From positions 64,001 to 128,000 of the IMG/VR virus record IMGVR_UViG_3300030419_007641: a DNA stretch of 64,000 bases. One strand, 5' to 3'. Below, one piece after another: positions 30,729 to 40,428 of this stretch; position 1 is the stretch's first letter, and the number at the start of each line of letters is the position of its first letter. The notes beneath the pieces were generated by a model, which had not been told where the DNA came from, did no database searches, and saw only the letters and a list, made by a program, of their open reading frames with translations. The stretch comes from a virus. Both the position numbers and the translations under genes were made by a program.

Positions 30729-32369
30729 ATGGCTATTGAAATTTTAGAAAACACCTTATTAAAACTGTTAGTCAGGAGAGGAACAAATGTAGATAGACTA
30801 CAAATAACTCTCGAAAGCGGCGAACTAGCATATACTACTGATACAAACAGATTGTACATAGGTGATGGTACAACAGCCGGGGGTATTCTAGCAGGTAACA
30901 AATACAAAGGAACAGCTGGTGATATAACCACATTAGCGCCGGCTGATGTAGGAGACTATGTATATAATTCTGATGAAAATGTCCTTTATGTATGCACTAC
31001 GAGTAATGGTTCATCTCCAGGAGATTGGTCTGCTGTATCAAATAGCTTAAGTGCGTATAACGCGACTCTAAATGTTAACAGTGGAAGTGAAATAAAAGTT
31101 GGTGTAATTTCTGAGGGTGGTGGTCTTTCTGCAGGCAACATATCTAATTCGGCACTTGGAAATTCTTTAGTAGTAGATACATCAGATCAAGTATCTTTAT
31201 GTTCCAATATTAGTACAGATGCTATCTTCCGCAGAACAACTGATGCTAATAGCTATTTATCATTACCAGGGAAATTAAAAATAAATGAAGTTAATTATGA
31301 TTTTACAGGAGCATCGCCTACTGCACATTCATTCTTAGCAGCTGACGCTGCTGGTGCGCTAACTTGGGGCGTTCCAGGGCTAGTAACCTCTGGCGTAGCC
31401 CCTACTACTGCAGCATTAATTCCTGTGGGTACTATAGTACCATATGTATCAACTGCCGGGTCTCTACCTTACGGGTGGTTACCATGTGATGGTAGGTCAG
31501 TGGCTACTGCTGATTTTCCAGATCTTTCCGGGGTCATTCATTATGGTTATGGTGGGTCTGGTGCGAATTTTAATGTACCTGACCTTACTAATAAAGCAGT
31601 ATACGGAAGCGATAACCCAGAAGGTAGCACATTGTATGGATTAAGCGCTAGCGCTGGTAGCACCGGTGCTAGCATATCTGCATCAGGTATGATGTTCATT
31701 ATTAAGGCTTTCGGTGGCATTACAAGTCCTACATTTACAGTGACAAAGAATCTCGATTGCACCATTAATGGACTAGTGTCCTCGGGTTTTGAATTTAATC
31801 CATTAAGTGGGGATATTGTTATAGCTAGTTCTAAGCCTGGTACAGAAGTGTTTAATACTAATGTAGGTGGAGCGACATTTACATTCCCCGCAGGTATACA
31901 TTACGTAAAATATTATGTTACCGGAGCAGGAGCTACAGGTGGTAATACTAATGGTGGTGCCGCGGCAACATGCATCGGATATTTATCTGCTTGGCCAGGC
32001 GCTGTATTTGATATAAACGTTGGATCTCCCTCTACAGTAAAAGGTGGTAATGGTGGGCTAAGTAAGATTAGTAAAGACGGTAACCTTATTGTACAGTCAA
32101 ACGGGGGTCTCGTTGGTGGTTGGAAAGGGGATGGATCAATTGATGCAAGTAGTATATACACAGAAGGCGGGTATATCTTATCTGGTGGCGGTGGAGAAGT
32201 CGATACTCAAGGAACCTTCCAAGAAGCTGGAGGAACTGCATCATACTGGGGCGGTGCTGGGGCACCTGGTGCTGGTGGAAGCTCTGGAGCTGGTATCGCC
32301 ACAGGTCTACCACCTGCTGGTGGAAGGAATGCAGTATCTGATGGTATTATTGTGTTTGAATGGTCATAG
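30729..32369 (+). CDS. Tail fibre protein with an Mtd_N-like N-terminus, tail collar and Gly-rich C-terminal domain
   Basis: KLLVRRGT...LESGELAYTTDTNRLYIGDGTT; collar PVGTIVPY...PYGWLPCDG...FPDLSGVI..FNVPDL; C-terminal TFTFPAG..VKYYVTGAGATGG...DGIIVFEW. Confidence 0.75.
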   Translation: MAIEILENTLLKLLVRRGTNVDRLQITLESGELAYTTDTNRLYIGDGTTAGGILAGNKYKGTAGDITTLAPADVGDYVYNSDENVLYVCTTSNGSSPGDWSAVSNSLSAYNATLNVNSGSEIKVGVISEGGGLSAGNISNSALGNSLVVDTSDQVSLCSNISTDAIFRRTTDANSYLSLPGKLKINEVNYDFTGASPTAHSFLAADAAGALTWGVPGLVTSGVAPTTAALIPVGTIVPYVSTAGSLPYGWLPCDGRSVATADFPDLSGVIHYGYGGSGANFNVPDLTNKAVYGSDNPEGSTLYGLSASAGSTGASISASGMMFIIKAFGGITSPTFTVTKNLDCTINGLVSSGFEFNPLSGDIVIASSKPGTEVFNTNVGGATFTFPAGIHYVKYYVTGAGATGGNTNGGAAATCIGYLSAWPGAVFDINVGSPSTVKGGNGGLSKISKDGNLIVQSNGGLVGGWKGDGSIDASSIYTEGGYILSGGGGEVDTQGTFQEAGGTASYWGGAGAPGAGGSSGAGIATGLPPAGGRNAVSDGIIVFEWS

Positions 32370-32401
32370 TTGATATATAGTATATCAAAACTAACTATGG
32401 T

Positions 32402-32566
32402 ATGGAAGAATTAATAGTAGAAGGTCTCGACTACGAAGATTTTGTAGCTCTAAAAGGGGTTCTAGAACACAACACAACCTTTACTACCCTAGAAAAAGAA
32501 GAATATGCTAATACTCTTATTTTAATTGAAAAGGTTAACAAAATCATAGAAGTGTTTGAAGAATAA
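32402..32566 (+). CDS. Small acidic hypothetical protein (54 aa, absent from the ORF track)
   Basis: MEELIVEGLDYEDFVALKGVLEHNTTFTTLEKEEYANTLILIEKVNKIIEVFEE fills the gap between flanking genes. Confidence 0.6.
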   Translation: MEELIVEGLDYEDFVALKGVLEHNTTFTTLEKEEYANTLILIEKVNKIIEVFEE

Positions 32567-32574
32567 ATACTTGC

Positions 32575-32793
32575 ATGAAGGCAAGTTCTAGTTGGAGAGG
32601 CAGCTCTTTATGCGAAGAGTTCTCTGACTATGTGCTCACTGATGACGATAACAATAATAGTATTTTGGTATGTATACCAATAAAACATTTTGGCACAGTA
32701 TACAGAGAATTAACAAAACTTGGATATAAAATGGTTTTTAAGACAAAAATAAAGACAAGTAATTCTCTAACTTGTACTTTTATAAAGATTTGA
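32575..32793 (+). CDS. Hypothetical protein
   Basis: 72-aa ORF with TAAATA 5 nt upstream. Confidence 0.55.
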   Translation: MKASSSWRGSSLCEEFSDYVLTDDDNNNSILVCIPIKHFGTVYRELTKLGYKMVFKTKIKTSNSLTCTFIKI

Positions 32794-32810
32794 GGAATTA
32801 AATATAAGTA

Positions 32811-33710
32811 ATGGCTGTTTTTGATTTACCTGAAATTAATTTACCGGGATACGCACGTTTTTATAATTTTGCTGATACTACAAAGAAGTTTAATTCTAAT
32901 TACGATATTGTATGGTCTTTTCAGTATAAAATTCCTAGTACAAGCTTTGATGCTCCTAATACTACTTCTAAAAACTACCAAGCAGGGTTTACCACATTTT
33001 TAACTACCTTAACATCCCCTACTTCTTCTTTACCCGGGCAATATTTAGGAGATTCAGACCCCTCTGTATTATCTGGTACACCACTGCATACAGAAGGCGG
33101 GGATGTTGTATTTACAGAAGGTTCTGATGCAATACTAGTAAATTCTACAGCTGTTAGTGGTCAATTACTTAAAATTGCTTTTGATACAACAGGGCTTTAT
33201 GCAGTATCTGGAAGAAGCAATAGACCGGGAGTTTCATTACATAATGTGCACCGCGAAGCTTTTATAATCAGAGATTACCAGGACAGGGTACTTTGTAACG
33301 TTCCACTATCTACATGTGGTACCACCTTTAGTGCTATATCTTCTGAGGAATTTAGAACCCTAAGGTTTAGATATGTAAATCTTGGGCGGAAACTTCATAT
33401 AGATTTCAGAGATAGTAATACTACTTCCTATACCAAACTAACAACTTTTGACCTAGGGTACCGAGTAGCAAACTTTGATAATTTAGATAATGTGTTCTGT
33501 GGATTTTCATATTGCACACCCATATCCTCTTCTCGTGGAACTAACAGCTCTGCAGCAAGCGCCAATGCATTTTTCCTCAAAGAGTTTACTGCAGAGGGCT
33601 TTATCGGGGGTACTGTTACTACCCAAACTATCACTAGCGAAGCCCTTTCTTCAAATCCCAATAATAACGTCACTACTGTTACTAATGTAAGCGCTATACC
33701 TATTACATAA
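32811..33710 (+). CDS. Virion protein, possible lectin-like (concanavalin A-type) beta-sandwich
   Basis: IVWSFQY, GFTTFL, LKIAFDTTG, RTLRFRY..LGRKLHIDFR, VFCGFSY follow a legume-lectin-like strand pattern. TAAATA at 32799-32804. Confidence 0.4.
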   Translation: MAVFDLPEINLPGYARFYNFADTTKKFNSNYDIVWSFQYKIPSTSFDAPNTTSKNYQAGFTTFLTTLTSPTSSLPGQYLGDSDPSVLSGTPLHTEGGDVVFTEGSDAILVNSTAVSGQLLKIAFDTTGLYAVSGRSNRPGVSLHNVHREAFIIRDYQDRVLCNVPLSTCGTTFSAISSEEFRTLRFRYVNLGRKLHIDFRDSNTTSYTKLTTFDLGYRVANFDNLDNVFCGFSYCTPISSSRGTNSSAASANAFFLKEFTAEGFIGGTVTTQTITSEALSSNPNNNVTTVTNVSAIPIT

Positions 33711-33711
33711 A

Positions 33712-34563
33712 ATGAGTTTAGGAATAAAATATACTTCCTATTGCAGGTTAAATATTATTACACTATTAAGTGCTGATAGTGGCGGACCAATATATGATAT
33801 ATATGACAGAAAAACTGGCAGAAAATTAGACACTGTCGTACTACCGCCTAATGATAACGTATTTCCTGTATCTATATATAAAGTAAGTAGGTATAGAGAA
33901 AGTAAAGAAAGCCCGGAATCTATAGGGCTTATTGTACAGAGTAACGGAGTAACTCAAGAAATAGTAACTCAGTGTGAGCCTATTCCTGATATTCCACGGG
34001 CTCGAGCAATTAAAGATAATCCGTTTAATATGGAAAAGATAGATCCGGTGGAATGGAGGGAATGGTTAGATAAACAGAATAAGCCTCCTGGCTGGGTTCT
34101 TAATGATGAGGGAATGATAAGAGAGGAAGTTATAAATGCTTTCTTAAATCAACGATCAGTAGGTAATGAGGAACTAAACCGGTATACAACAGGGCGTGAG
34201 CGTTGTTGCCCGCCAACCCCTGGAGCTCACAAAAGCGGTATGTGGTTTTACAAAAGTGGTATGTCTAATTATTTAACTCCATTTAATGGTGAACCGCAAA
34301 ATGGAATGGTATTTTGGCGATTTGTTGAGGACATGGCCGGTGAGGAGCCACCATGGCTTTGGCATGATCCTCAGCGTCTTCAACGAGATAATATAGAGCG
34401 GCTCCTTAATGATCTGGGAGAAGATCCCGGAGAAAGACCCGATAATCCTGATGAGCAAATAGACTGGGGTCAAGAAATGATGAACATGTTAAATGATATA
34501 AATAAAGAACGAGAGGGTCAAGGGGAACCACCAATAGAAATTCCACGCGCGCAACAACCTTAA
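33712..34563 (+). CDS. Hypothetical protein: AT-rich N-terminal domain plus Pro/Trp/Glu-rich extension with a CCPP motif
   Basis: 283-aa ORF in the late operon. Confidence 0.55.
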   Translation: MSLGIKYTSYCRLNIITLLSADSGGPIYDIYDRKTGRKLDTVVLPPNDNVFPVSIYKVSRYRESKESPESIGLIVQSNGVTQEIVTQCEPIPDIPRARAIKDNPFNMEKIDPVEWREWLDKQNKPPGWVLNDEGMIREEVINAFLNQRSVGNEELNRYTTGRERCCPPTPGAHKSGMWFYKSGMSNYLTPFNGEPQNGMVFWRFVEDMAGEEPPWLWHDPQRLQRDNIERLLNDLGEDPGERPDNPDEQIDWGQEMMNMLNDINKEREGQGEPPIEIPRAQQP

Positions 34564-34614
34564 ATGATTTTATTGAAATGATATATGTATCGATAACAAA
34601 GGCAGGGGGATGTA

Positions 34615-37533
34615 ATGGCATATAATGCATTATATCTAGCTGGTATGGGCTGGAATAGCCCAAATTTAATAGGAAATCCAGGTGCCATGGAACCTGATTT
34701 CTACCAGAAGTCCGTAAATGAATCTATGTTTGGGTTCTACGGTTATTGGTGGCCATTGTTTTTAGACTACAATGAAGCAGTCGCAGCTGATGACCCAAGT
34801 GTTCGTCAGACTGTTAGAAAGGAAGCAGTAGCGCTAGTATTCCGTGAATATAGCTATTCGAAGGGTCGACCAGGATTAAATGGCGAGACATCGGGACTAG
34901 TAAAGTTTTATATGCCCCTAGACAAGGCAATAGAGCATCTTTTATCACCGGCTAGTGAAACACATAGATTTTGCTCTACTATAGGATGGATGGGGAATGA
35001 CATGTTTGGTTGTGTTGCTCCAGGTGATGATAACTGGCCGGACGCGTGTAACGGACAACCAATTATTCCAGAAAATGCACATTCGTACCCATGTTCACAT
35101 ATGTTCTTTAAGCCAGATGGAAATCCATGGACGCGACCATTGGTTCAAATGCTTGACTACGTGCCCCCTATACCAGGAATCGATCCGCATTACCCGGAGG
35201 GATTTGGCCAGACATTAATCCCAGAAATTGTCGACAGCACCGGTGGTAAATTTAGACCTCAATTTAGAATAGGTGAAGATCCTGGAAAATTGCCGCCTGT
35301 TCCCATAAGAGGATTCGCTGGACCCGGAGGATTGAAGGGGCATTTGTACGACCCAAATTATAATTATACATTTTTAAAACAAGATACGCAATTTGCACGA
35401 CGATGGCCAGTAGGGCTAGCGGGTAATCCAAAGCCAGGTGCCGGTGAAATATATAATGGCATTATAGAAAGTGATGATGAAACAGAGGAAGTATCCTTTT
35501 TAGGGTGGGGAAATAATGTATTGGGAAATCCGTGGTCAAATCTTCCATACCCCGGACCATGGCATTTTCTTGAACAGGAATTAAACTTTGAGCATCCGGA
35601 TATAACTCGAGCGGACTGGCCGATAGGTCCTGTAGATGATAAGCTTTTTGCTATAGCTCAAAAGGTAAATCTGTGGGGCGATGGCGGGATTACATCGGTG
35701 CTACAATATAATTATGCGGAGTGGTTAGCAGAAAGAATGTTTCAATTTATGGGGAGGCCTTTCTGGTCAGTGCCGGCACCAAACGTGGAAGATGACCCGG
35801 GGCCCCCTCTCCCTCAGGAGTTAAGAGAACAGGCTATGAGCTTTATAAAGACAGTTCCTGTTGCGGACTATATTATAGAAGGTGATACAATATATGACTG
35901 GATGCAATGGGCTTCTGCGATGGCTGGTGGTTGGCCGGAGATTGGTGAACGACACCGCAGGAACAGGATTGGATTACGGGCTCATTTGGAACGAGGTGAT
36001 ATTGGTCCAGATACAGTTGTTCAATGGCGTGGCAAATTATGGAGGCCCGCTGGTGATGATGAAGAGACTCGCATGGATAGTGTAAGGTGGATTACATCCC
36101 CCCCTACAGACGTTGCTCCTGGTGTATTCGCCGGGAGTAGGCAGTTGCAAATTCATGAAGAATCTAAAGACCCGGCATTGGATATGTGGACAACGCCTCT
36201 TCATATCGGTCGAGTGGACACCGGGGTCGGGTGGGAGACATACAAGAGATGGCGACGTTTAATACCACCCCCTGAAGTGAATAGGGAGACGTCTGAGTGG
36301 AGTAGTCGGGACATGGAACGCGGCCAGAAGGTCGGGTTTGGTCATAGTTCTATAGATTATGGAGTATTATTAGCCAGTGATCTTAAGCCATGTCGGCCGG
36401 CCGAGTGTGAAGTCTGGTTAAAGGAGCCTATATTACATCTTTGGAATGACGGTTATGTGGGATTCGAAGGGTATAATGGTCAGATTTTTGACGGGTATAT
36501 ACGCCAAGATGATATTGATCGTATTGGCGGCCCGATTCCCGAAGAATATAGAATGGTAATTAAACCAGGAAGGACAAACCGGGAATTTGTGCGGAGTAAT
36601 GATCGCTGGACGTTAGATAATCAGATAAATTATGCTAATTTTCTAGAAAATCAAAATCCTGGAATATTCTTCGAAAAATTTGGTAGGCTTCCAGTATGGG
36701 AAGAGATACCTATACCTCGAGAGTCTCATTATCGCGAGTACATTAAACACTGGCCAGAAATTCCTCTTGAAGTAGTAGATGAAAATGACCCTGAAGAGCA
36801 GTGGAAAATAGATCAAATGCAAAGGTCAAAGAGGCAAATAGTTATTCCCCCGCTGTTCACAAAGTATGGTGAAATGACGGCTCCTTGGACAAACCCCGGA
36901 CCGTTAAACGGGATGCGTACGACTAAGCGATCTTGGACTTATTATACTCAAACACCAAACGGTAATACTGAAGCGTTTGATCAATTATTACTTTTAAACT
37001 GGGGCAAATCTATTAGACCTGAACTACCACCCGGTCCGACAAATGGATATGAATGGAATTATTTAGAACCTGGTGGTAATGTAGCGGGAATACGTTGGGG
37101 TAAACCCCGACTACGGGAAATTGTCGCGACTTCCTTCACACAAAATGAACAAGGTGCACCTGCAGGCGCCTCTGGAAATGCGCGTAATTTTCCGCCATGG
37201 GAAGGAACGCCGGTATGGTATTTAGCGTTAACAAACTATTCTCAAGATTGGAGTGTGCTGTTTCCGCCAGATAAGCCATGGGTAGCAAATCCACCACTAT
37301 GGCTTATGCCAGCTCCTCCATCATATGCTAATGAGCTCATGTCTGAGCAGTGGCCTGATCCTATAATATTCGGGGGACCGGGCGCGATCGGCCCTGGCGA
37401 CCTGGATGCTATTAGAGGTATCCCGGGAGCAACTGCTAGTCAAGAATTTTTAGCGTTGTTACAACAAAACACAAGATTTTTAGCTCGCCAGGTTGGTTTC
37501 CGCGGCCTGCGAGGTGTATTTTCGCCTGATTAG
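34615..37533 (+). CDS. Large Pro/Trp/Gly-rich orphan protein, paralog A
   Basis: 972-aa ORF. Shares blocks with 37600..40374 in which differences are mostly synonymous, which supports real coding. Confidence 0.7.
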   Translation: MAYNALYLAGMGWNSPNLIGNPGAMEPDFYQKSVNESMFGFYGYWWPLFLDYNEAVAADDPSVRQTVRKEAVALVFREYSYSKGRPGLNGETSGLVKFYMPLDKAIEHLLSPASETHRFCSTIGWMGNDMFGCVAPGDDNWPDACNGQPIIPENAHSYPCSHMFFKPDGNPWTRPLVQMLDYVPPIPGIDPHYPEGFGQTLIPEIVDSTGGKFRPQFRIGEDPGKLPPVPIRGFAGPGGLKGHLYDPNYNYTFLKQDTQFARRWPVGLAGNPKPGAGEIYNGIIESDDETEEVSFLGWGNNVLGNPWSNLPYPGPWHFLEQELNFEHPDITRADWPIGPVDDKLFAIAQKVNLWGDGGITSVLQYNYAEWLAERMFQFMGRPFWSVPAPNVEDDPGPPLPQELREQAMSFIKTVPVADYIIEGDTIYDWMQWASAMAGGWPEIGERHRRNRIGLRAHLERGDIGPDTVVQWRGKLWRPAGDDEETRMDSVRWITSPPTDVAPGVFAGSRQLQIHEESKDPALDMWTTPLHIGRVDTGVGWETYKRWRRLIPPPEVNRETSEWSSRDMERGQKVGFGHSSIDYGVLLASDLKPCRPAECEVWLKEPILHLWNDGYVGFEGYNGQIFDGYIRQDDIDRIGGPIPEEYRMVIKPGRTNREFVRSNDRWTLDNQINYANFLENQNPGIFFEKFGRLPVWEEIPIPRESHYREYIKHWPEIPLEVVDENDPEEQWKIDQMQRSKRQIVIPPLFTKYGEMTAPWTNPGPLNGMRTTKRSWTYYTQTPNGNTEAFDQLLLLNWGKSIRPELPPGPTNGYEWNYLEPGGNVAGIRWGKPRLREIVATSFTQNEQGAPAGASGNARNFPPWEGTPVWYLALTNYSQDWSVLFPPDKPWVANPPLWLMPAPPSYANELMSEQWPDPIIFGGPGAIGPGDLDAIRGIPGATASQEFLALLQQNTRFLARQVGFRGLRGVFSPD
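35881..36030 (+). repeat. Near-identical block, copy 1 (copy 2 at 38821-38970)
   Basis: 7 differences in about 150 nt by manual alignment, 4 of them synonymous. Confidence 0.9.
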
Positions 37534-37551
37534 AATATTAACCTTATAATT
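37434..37551 (+). repeat. Duplicated 3' end of paralog A, including stop codon and downstream spacer (other copy at about 40274-40391)
   Basis: gctagtcaagaatttttagcgttgttacaacaaaacacaag...cctgattagaatatta.cttataatt is shared; 4 synonymous coding differences. Confidence 0.9.
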
Positions 37552-37599
37552 ATTTTATGAAAACGATACATACAGCAATAACAAAGATCGGAGGCAATA

Positions 37600-40374
37600 A
37601 TGGCATATAATGCATTATATCTAGCTGGTACCTGTTGGAATAATCCTCTATCTCCTCCAGAACAATTTCAAGCCCCTGGTGTACCAATTAGGACAAGATT
37701 TTTCGACCAATGGCAAGATAGAGTAAATTTTGCCTCATATGGATTTGTGGGGTATTGGTGGCCATTGTTTTTAGACTACAATGAAGCAAAAGAAGCTGAT
37801 GATCCTAGTGTACGTAATACTACTACCAAAGAAGCGTTAACGCTAATGTTTCGAGAATTTAGCTATACGGAGGATCGACCCGGGTTAAATGGTGAGACAT
37901 CGGGACTAGTAAAATTTTATATGCCCCTAGACAAGGCAATAAAGCATCTTTTAACAGATTGTCGGTATATGTGGTCAGTTACTGATGCTTCTGGGAACCA
38001 GAGAATACCTTTTGAAGGCGATGGCGATGAGAACGAGGAAGAAATAGTCCCAGGCATACGGGTATACCGTAGGCAATTTTTTAATGATAAAGGGGAGCCA
38101 TACTTACGGCCGGCTTATCCTATGCTTAAAAACGTACCACCTCTACCGGGGTTAAACTCTAGGTATGGAACGCGGCACAGTGCCGCGCCCCGATCACAGT
38201 GGGCTAGCCCAATACTTGATGCTACTGGTGCCGTGCTCCGACCGGGATTCTCTGTTGAGTCCCAGTCATGGGCCAGAGATGCTGGGTTGTTGGATGATGA
38301 TCCTAAATATGATTATACATATCTTGTACCAAATACACAATTTGCGCGGTTATGGCCAAAGGAATTGGATGGATTTACCTCACGTGTTCCGCGACATAAA
38401 TTATACCTAGGTATAACAGTCGATCAACCTGATCACCTAGAACCTAGCTTTATAGGGTACGGAAACAATGTAGTAGGTAACATATGGGGCGATCAAATAA
38501 AAGTAGAATGGCGGTTTTTAGACTTAGTTCCTCCGGTCGAGTTTGATTTAAATGAACTTCAAAGATTAGCGACACTACATAATTTGTGGGTAGCCAACCT
38601 GGACATGGATATTCCTGGACCACCTATCCAGGAAAATTGGGCAGACGCGTGGGTAAACGATATGTTCTGGCGGATAGGTGATGTACGGGATAATTTCTGG
38701 GAATTCATCGATGATCAGTGGGTGCTTGTGAAGGGCGGACCAGAGCCTCTACCACAAGAATACCGACAAACAAGTATAGCAAGGTTTAAGGAATGCCCAG
38801 TTCCAGACTATGTAATAGAAGGTAATACAATCTATGACTGGATGCAATGGGCTTCTGCAATGGCTGGTGGTTGGCCGGAGATTGGTGAACGACACCGCAG
38901 GGACAGGATTGGATTACGCGCTCATTTGGAACAAGGTGATATTGGTCCAGATACAGTTGTTCAATGGCGGGGAAAAAACTGGAGAGTTGCTGGTAATGAT
39001 GAAGAAACACGCATGGATAATGTAAGATGGATTACAGCTCCACCTACAGACGTTGCTCCAAGCGTATGGGAGACCTGGCGTAATCGTGGTCCGTGGAGGC
39101 ATCATCCATGTGCACTGGCATCTGGGGTAGGGTGGGAAACATTAAAACGGTGGAGACGTTTAATTCCCCCACCAGCTGATGGAAATGAGGGAGTTTCCGG
39201 TGCTGATTTTGGATATAATACTATAGATTATGGAATACTTTTAGCTGATAACCCTCCTTTGGTACCTGGGTATCCATGGTTCGGGCAAAATACTGAGCTC
39301 AAACCCATAAACCCGGGCTGGGAGGGAATCCATGGATTCCCTGAGCGCCTAGGTGGTCCTATTCCTGACGCAATTAAGGATCCGCATGGTGACGGTGATC
39401 GTGGAGGTCTCGACTGGGGCTGGGATCAGTCTCCCGAAGACCTTGAGGCTGCTGACAATGCTCCATGGTGGCGTAAAGTAAATGATTATAAAAATTTTAT
39501 AAATGAACAAAATCCGGAAATATTTTTTGAAAAATTTGGTAGGCAACCTGTATGGGAAGAAGTTTGTGCGCCTCTGATCGAATCTCCAATATTAAATCCT
39601 GTTCGTGTTACAAATAAATGGCCTGAGGATCCCTTGAGAGTATTTAATGAAAATGACCCTAATGAGCAGTGGAAAATAGATCAGACGCGTAGGGCGAAGG
39701 GACAAATAATTATTCCACCTCTATTTGACCGGACATATCCAAGGGCCGGACCGTGGCAGGGTGATAATTCGCCACGTTTACTATTACGAAAGTGGAAGAA
39801 ATGGGCCGAGGGCCTCCAGCTGGAGGATGGAGAATGGCAAAAAAAAGTTATCGAATATACATTCGATGTATGCATAAACTTCAATAAATCTATTAGGCCG
39901 GGATTGGCGCCCGGGCCAACTGACGGAATGGACTGGGATTACCGCGATGTAAGGGGCAACGTAGCAGGAATACACTGGGGTAAGCCTCAATTACGGGAAA
40001 TTGTCGCGACTTCCTACACACAAAATGTACAAGGTGAACGTGTTGCAAATACACAGTCAGCAATCTATTACTCACCGTGGGAAGGAACGCCAGTATGGTA
40101 TTTAGCGTTAACAAACTATTCTGAGATATGGGCACCTCCGTTTCCGATAAATCAGCCATGGGTAGCAAATCCACCACTATGGCTTATGCCGGCTCCTCCA
40201 TCATATGCTATAGAGCTTTTAAGTGAACAGGATGATAATGATATGATCATGGGCGTTGGAGTTCCCGGGGCAATTGCTAGTCAAGAATTTTTAGCGTTGT
40301 TACAACAAAACACAAGGTTTTTAGCGCGCCAGGTTGGCTTCCGCGGCCTGCGAGGTGTATTTTCACCTGATTAG
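37600..40374 (+). CDS. Large Pro/Trp/Gly-rich orphan protein, paralog B
   Basis: 924-aa ORF with the same MAYNALYLAG start and a near-identical C-terminus (ASQEFLALLQQNTRFLARQVGFRGLRGVFSPD). Confidence 0.7.
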   Translation: MAYNALYLAGTCWNNPLSPPEQFQAPGVPIRTRFFDQWQDRVNFASYGFVGYWWPLFLDYNEAKEADDPSVRNTTTKEALTLMFREFSYTEDRPGLNGETSGLVKFYMPLDKAIKHLLTDCRYMWSVTDASGNQRIPFEGDGDENEEEIVPGIRVYRRQFFNDKGEPYLRPAYPMLKNVPPLPGLNSRYGTRHSAAPRSQWASPILDATGAVLRPGFSVESQSWARDAGLLDDDPKYDYTYLVPNTQFARLWPKELDGFTSRVPRHKLYLGITVDQPDHLEPSFIGYGNNVVGNIWGDQIKVEWRFLDLVPPVEFDLNELQRLATLHNLWVANLDMDIPGPPIQENWADAWVNDMFWRIGDVRDNFWEFIDDQWVLVKGGPEPLPQEYRQTSIARFKECPVPDYVIEGNTIYDWMQWASAMAGGWPEIGERHRRDRIGLRAHLEQGDIGPDTVVQWRGKNWRVAGNDEETRMDNVRWITAPPTDVAPSVWETWRNRGPWRHHPCALASGVGWETLKRWRRLIPPPADGNEGVSGADFGYNTIDYGILLADNPPLVPGYPWFGQNTELKPINPGWEGIHGFPERLGGPIPDAIKDPHGDGDRGGLDWGWDQSPEDLEAADNAPWWRKVNDYKNFINEQNPEIFFEKFGRQPVWEEVCAPLIESPILNPVRVTNKWPEDPLRVFNENDPNEQWKIDQTRRAKGQIIIPPLFDRTYPRAGPWQGDNSPRLLLRKWKKWAEGLQLEDGEWQKKVIEYTFDVCINFNKSIRPGLAPGPTDGMDWDYRDVRGNVAGIHWGKPQLREIVATSYTQNVQGERVANTQSAIYYSPWEGTPVWYLALTNYSEIWAPPFPINQPWVANPPLWLMPAPPSYAIELLSEQDDNDMIMGVGVPGAIASQEFLALLQQNTRFLARQVGFRGLRGVFSPD
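38821..38970 (+). repeat. Near-identical block, copy 2 (copy 1 at 35881-36030)
   Basis: Manual alignment, offset 2940 nt. Confidence 0.9.
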
Positions 40375-40391
40375 AATATTAATCTTATAAT
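40274..40391 (+). repeat. Duplicated 3' end of paralog B
   Basis: Matches 37434-37551. Confidence 0.9.
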
Positions 40392-40428
40392 TGATATATA
40401 TAGAACATTATTAAATAATTAAAACATA

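Noticed and set aside
34615-40391. Diversity-generating retroelement TR/VR pair
   Set aside because: Mismatches between the repeats include G/C, T/G and C/T and are mainly synonymous, not adenine-specific. Both copies are coding, and there is no reverse transcriptase in the window.
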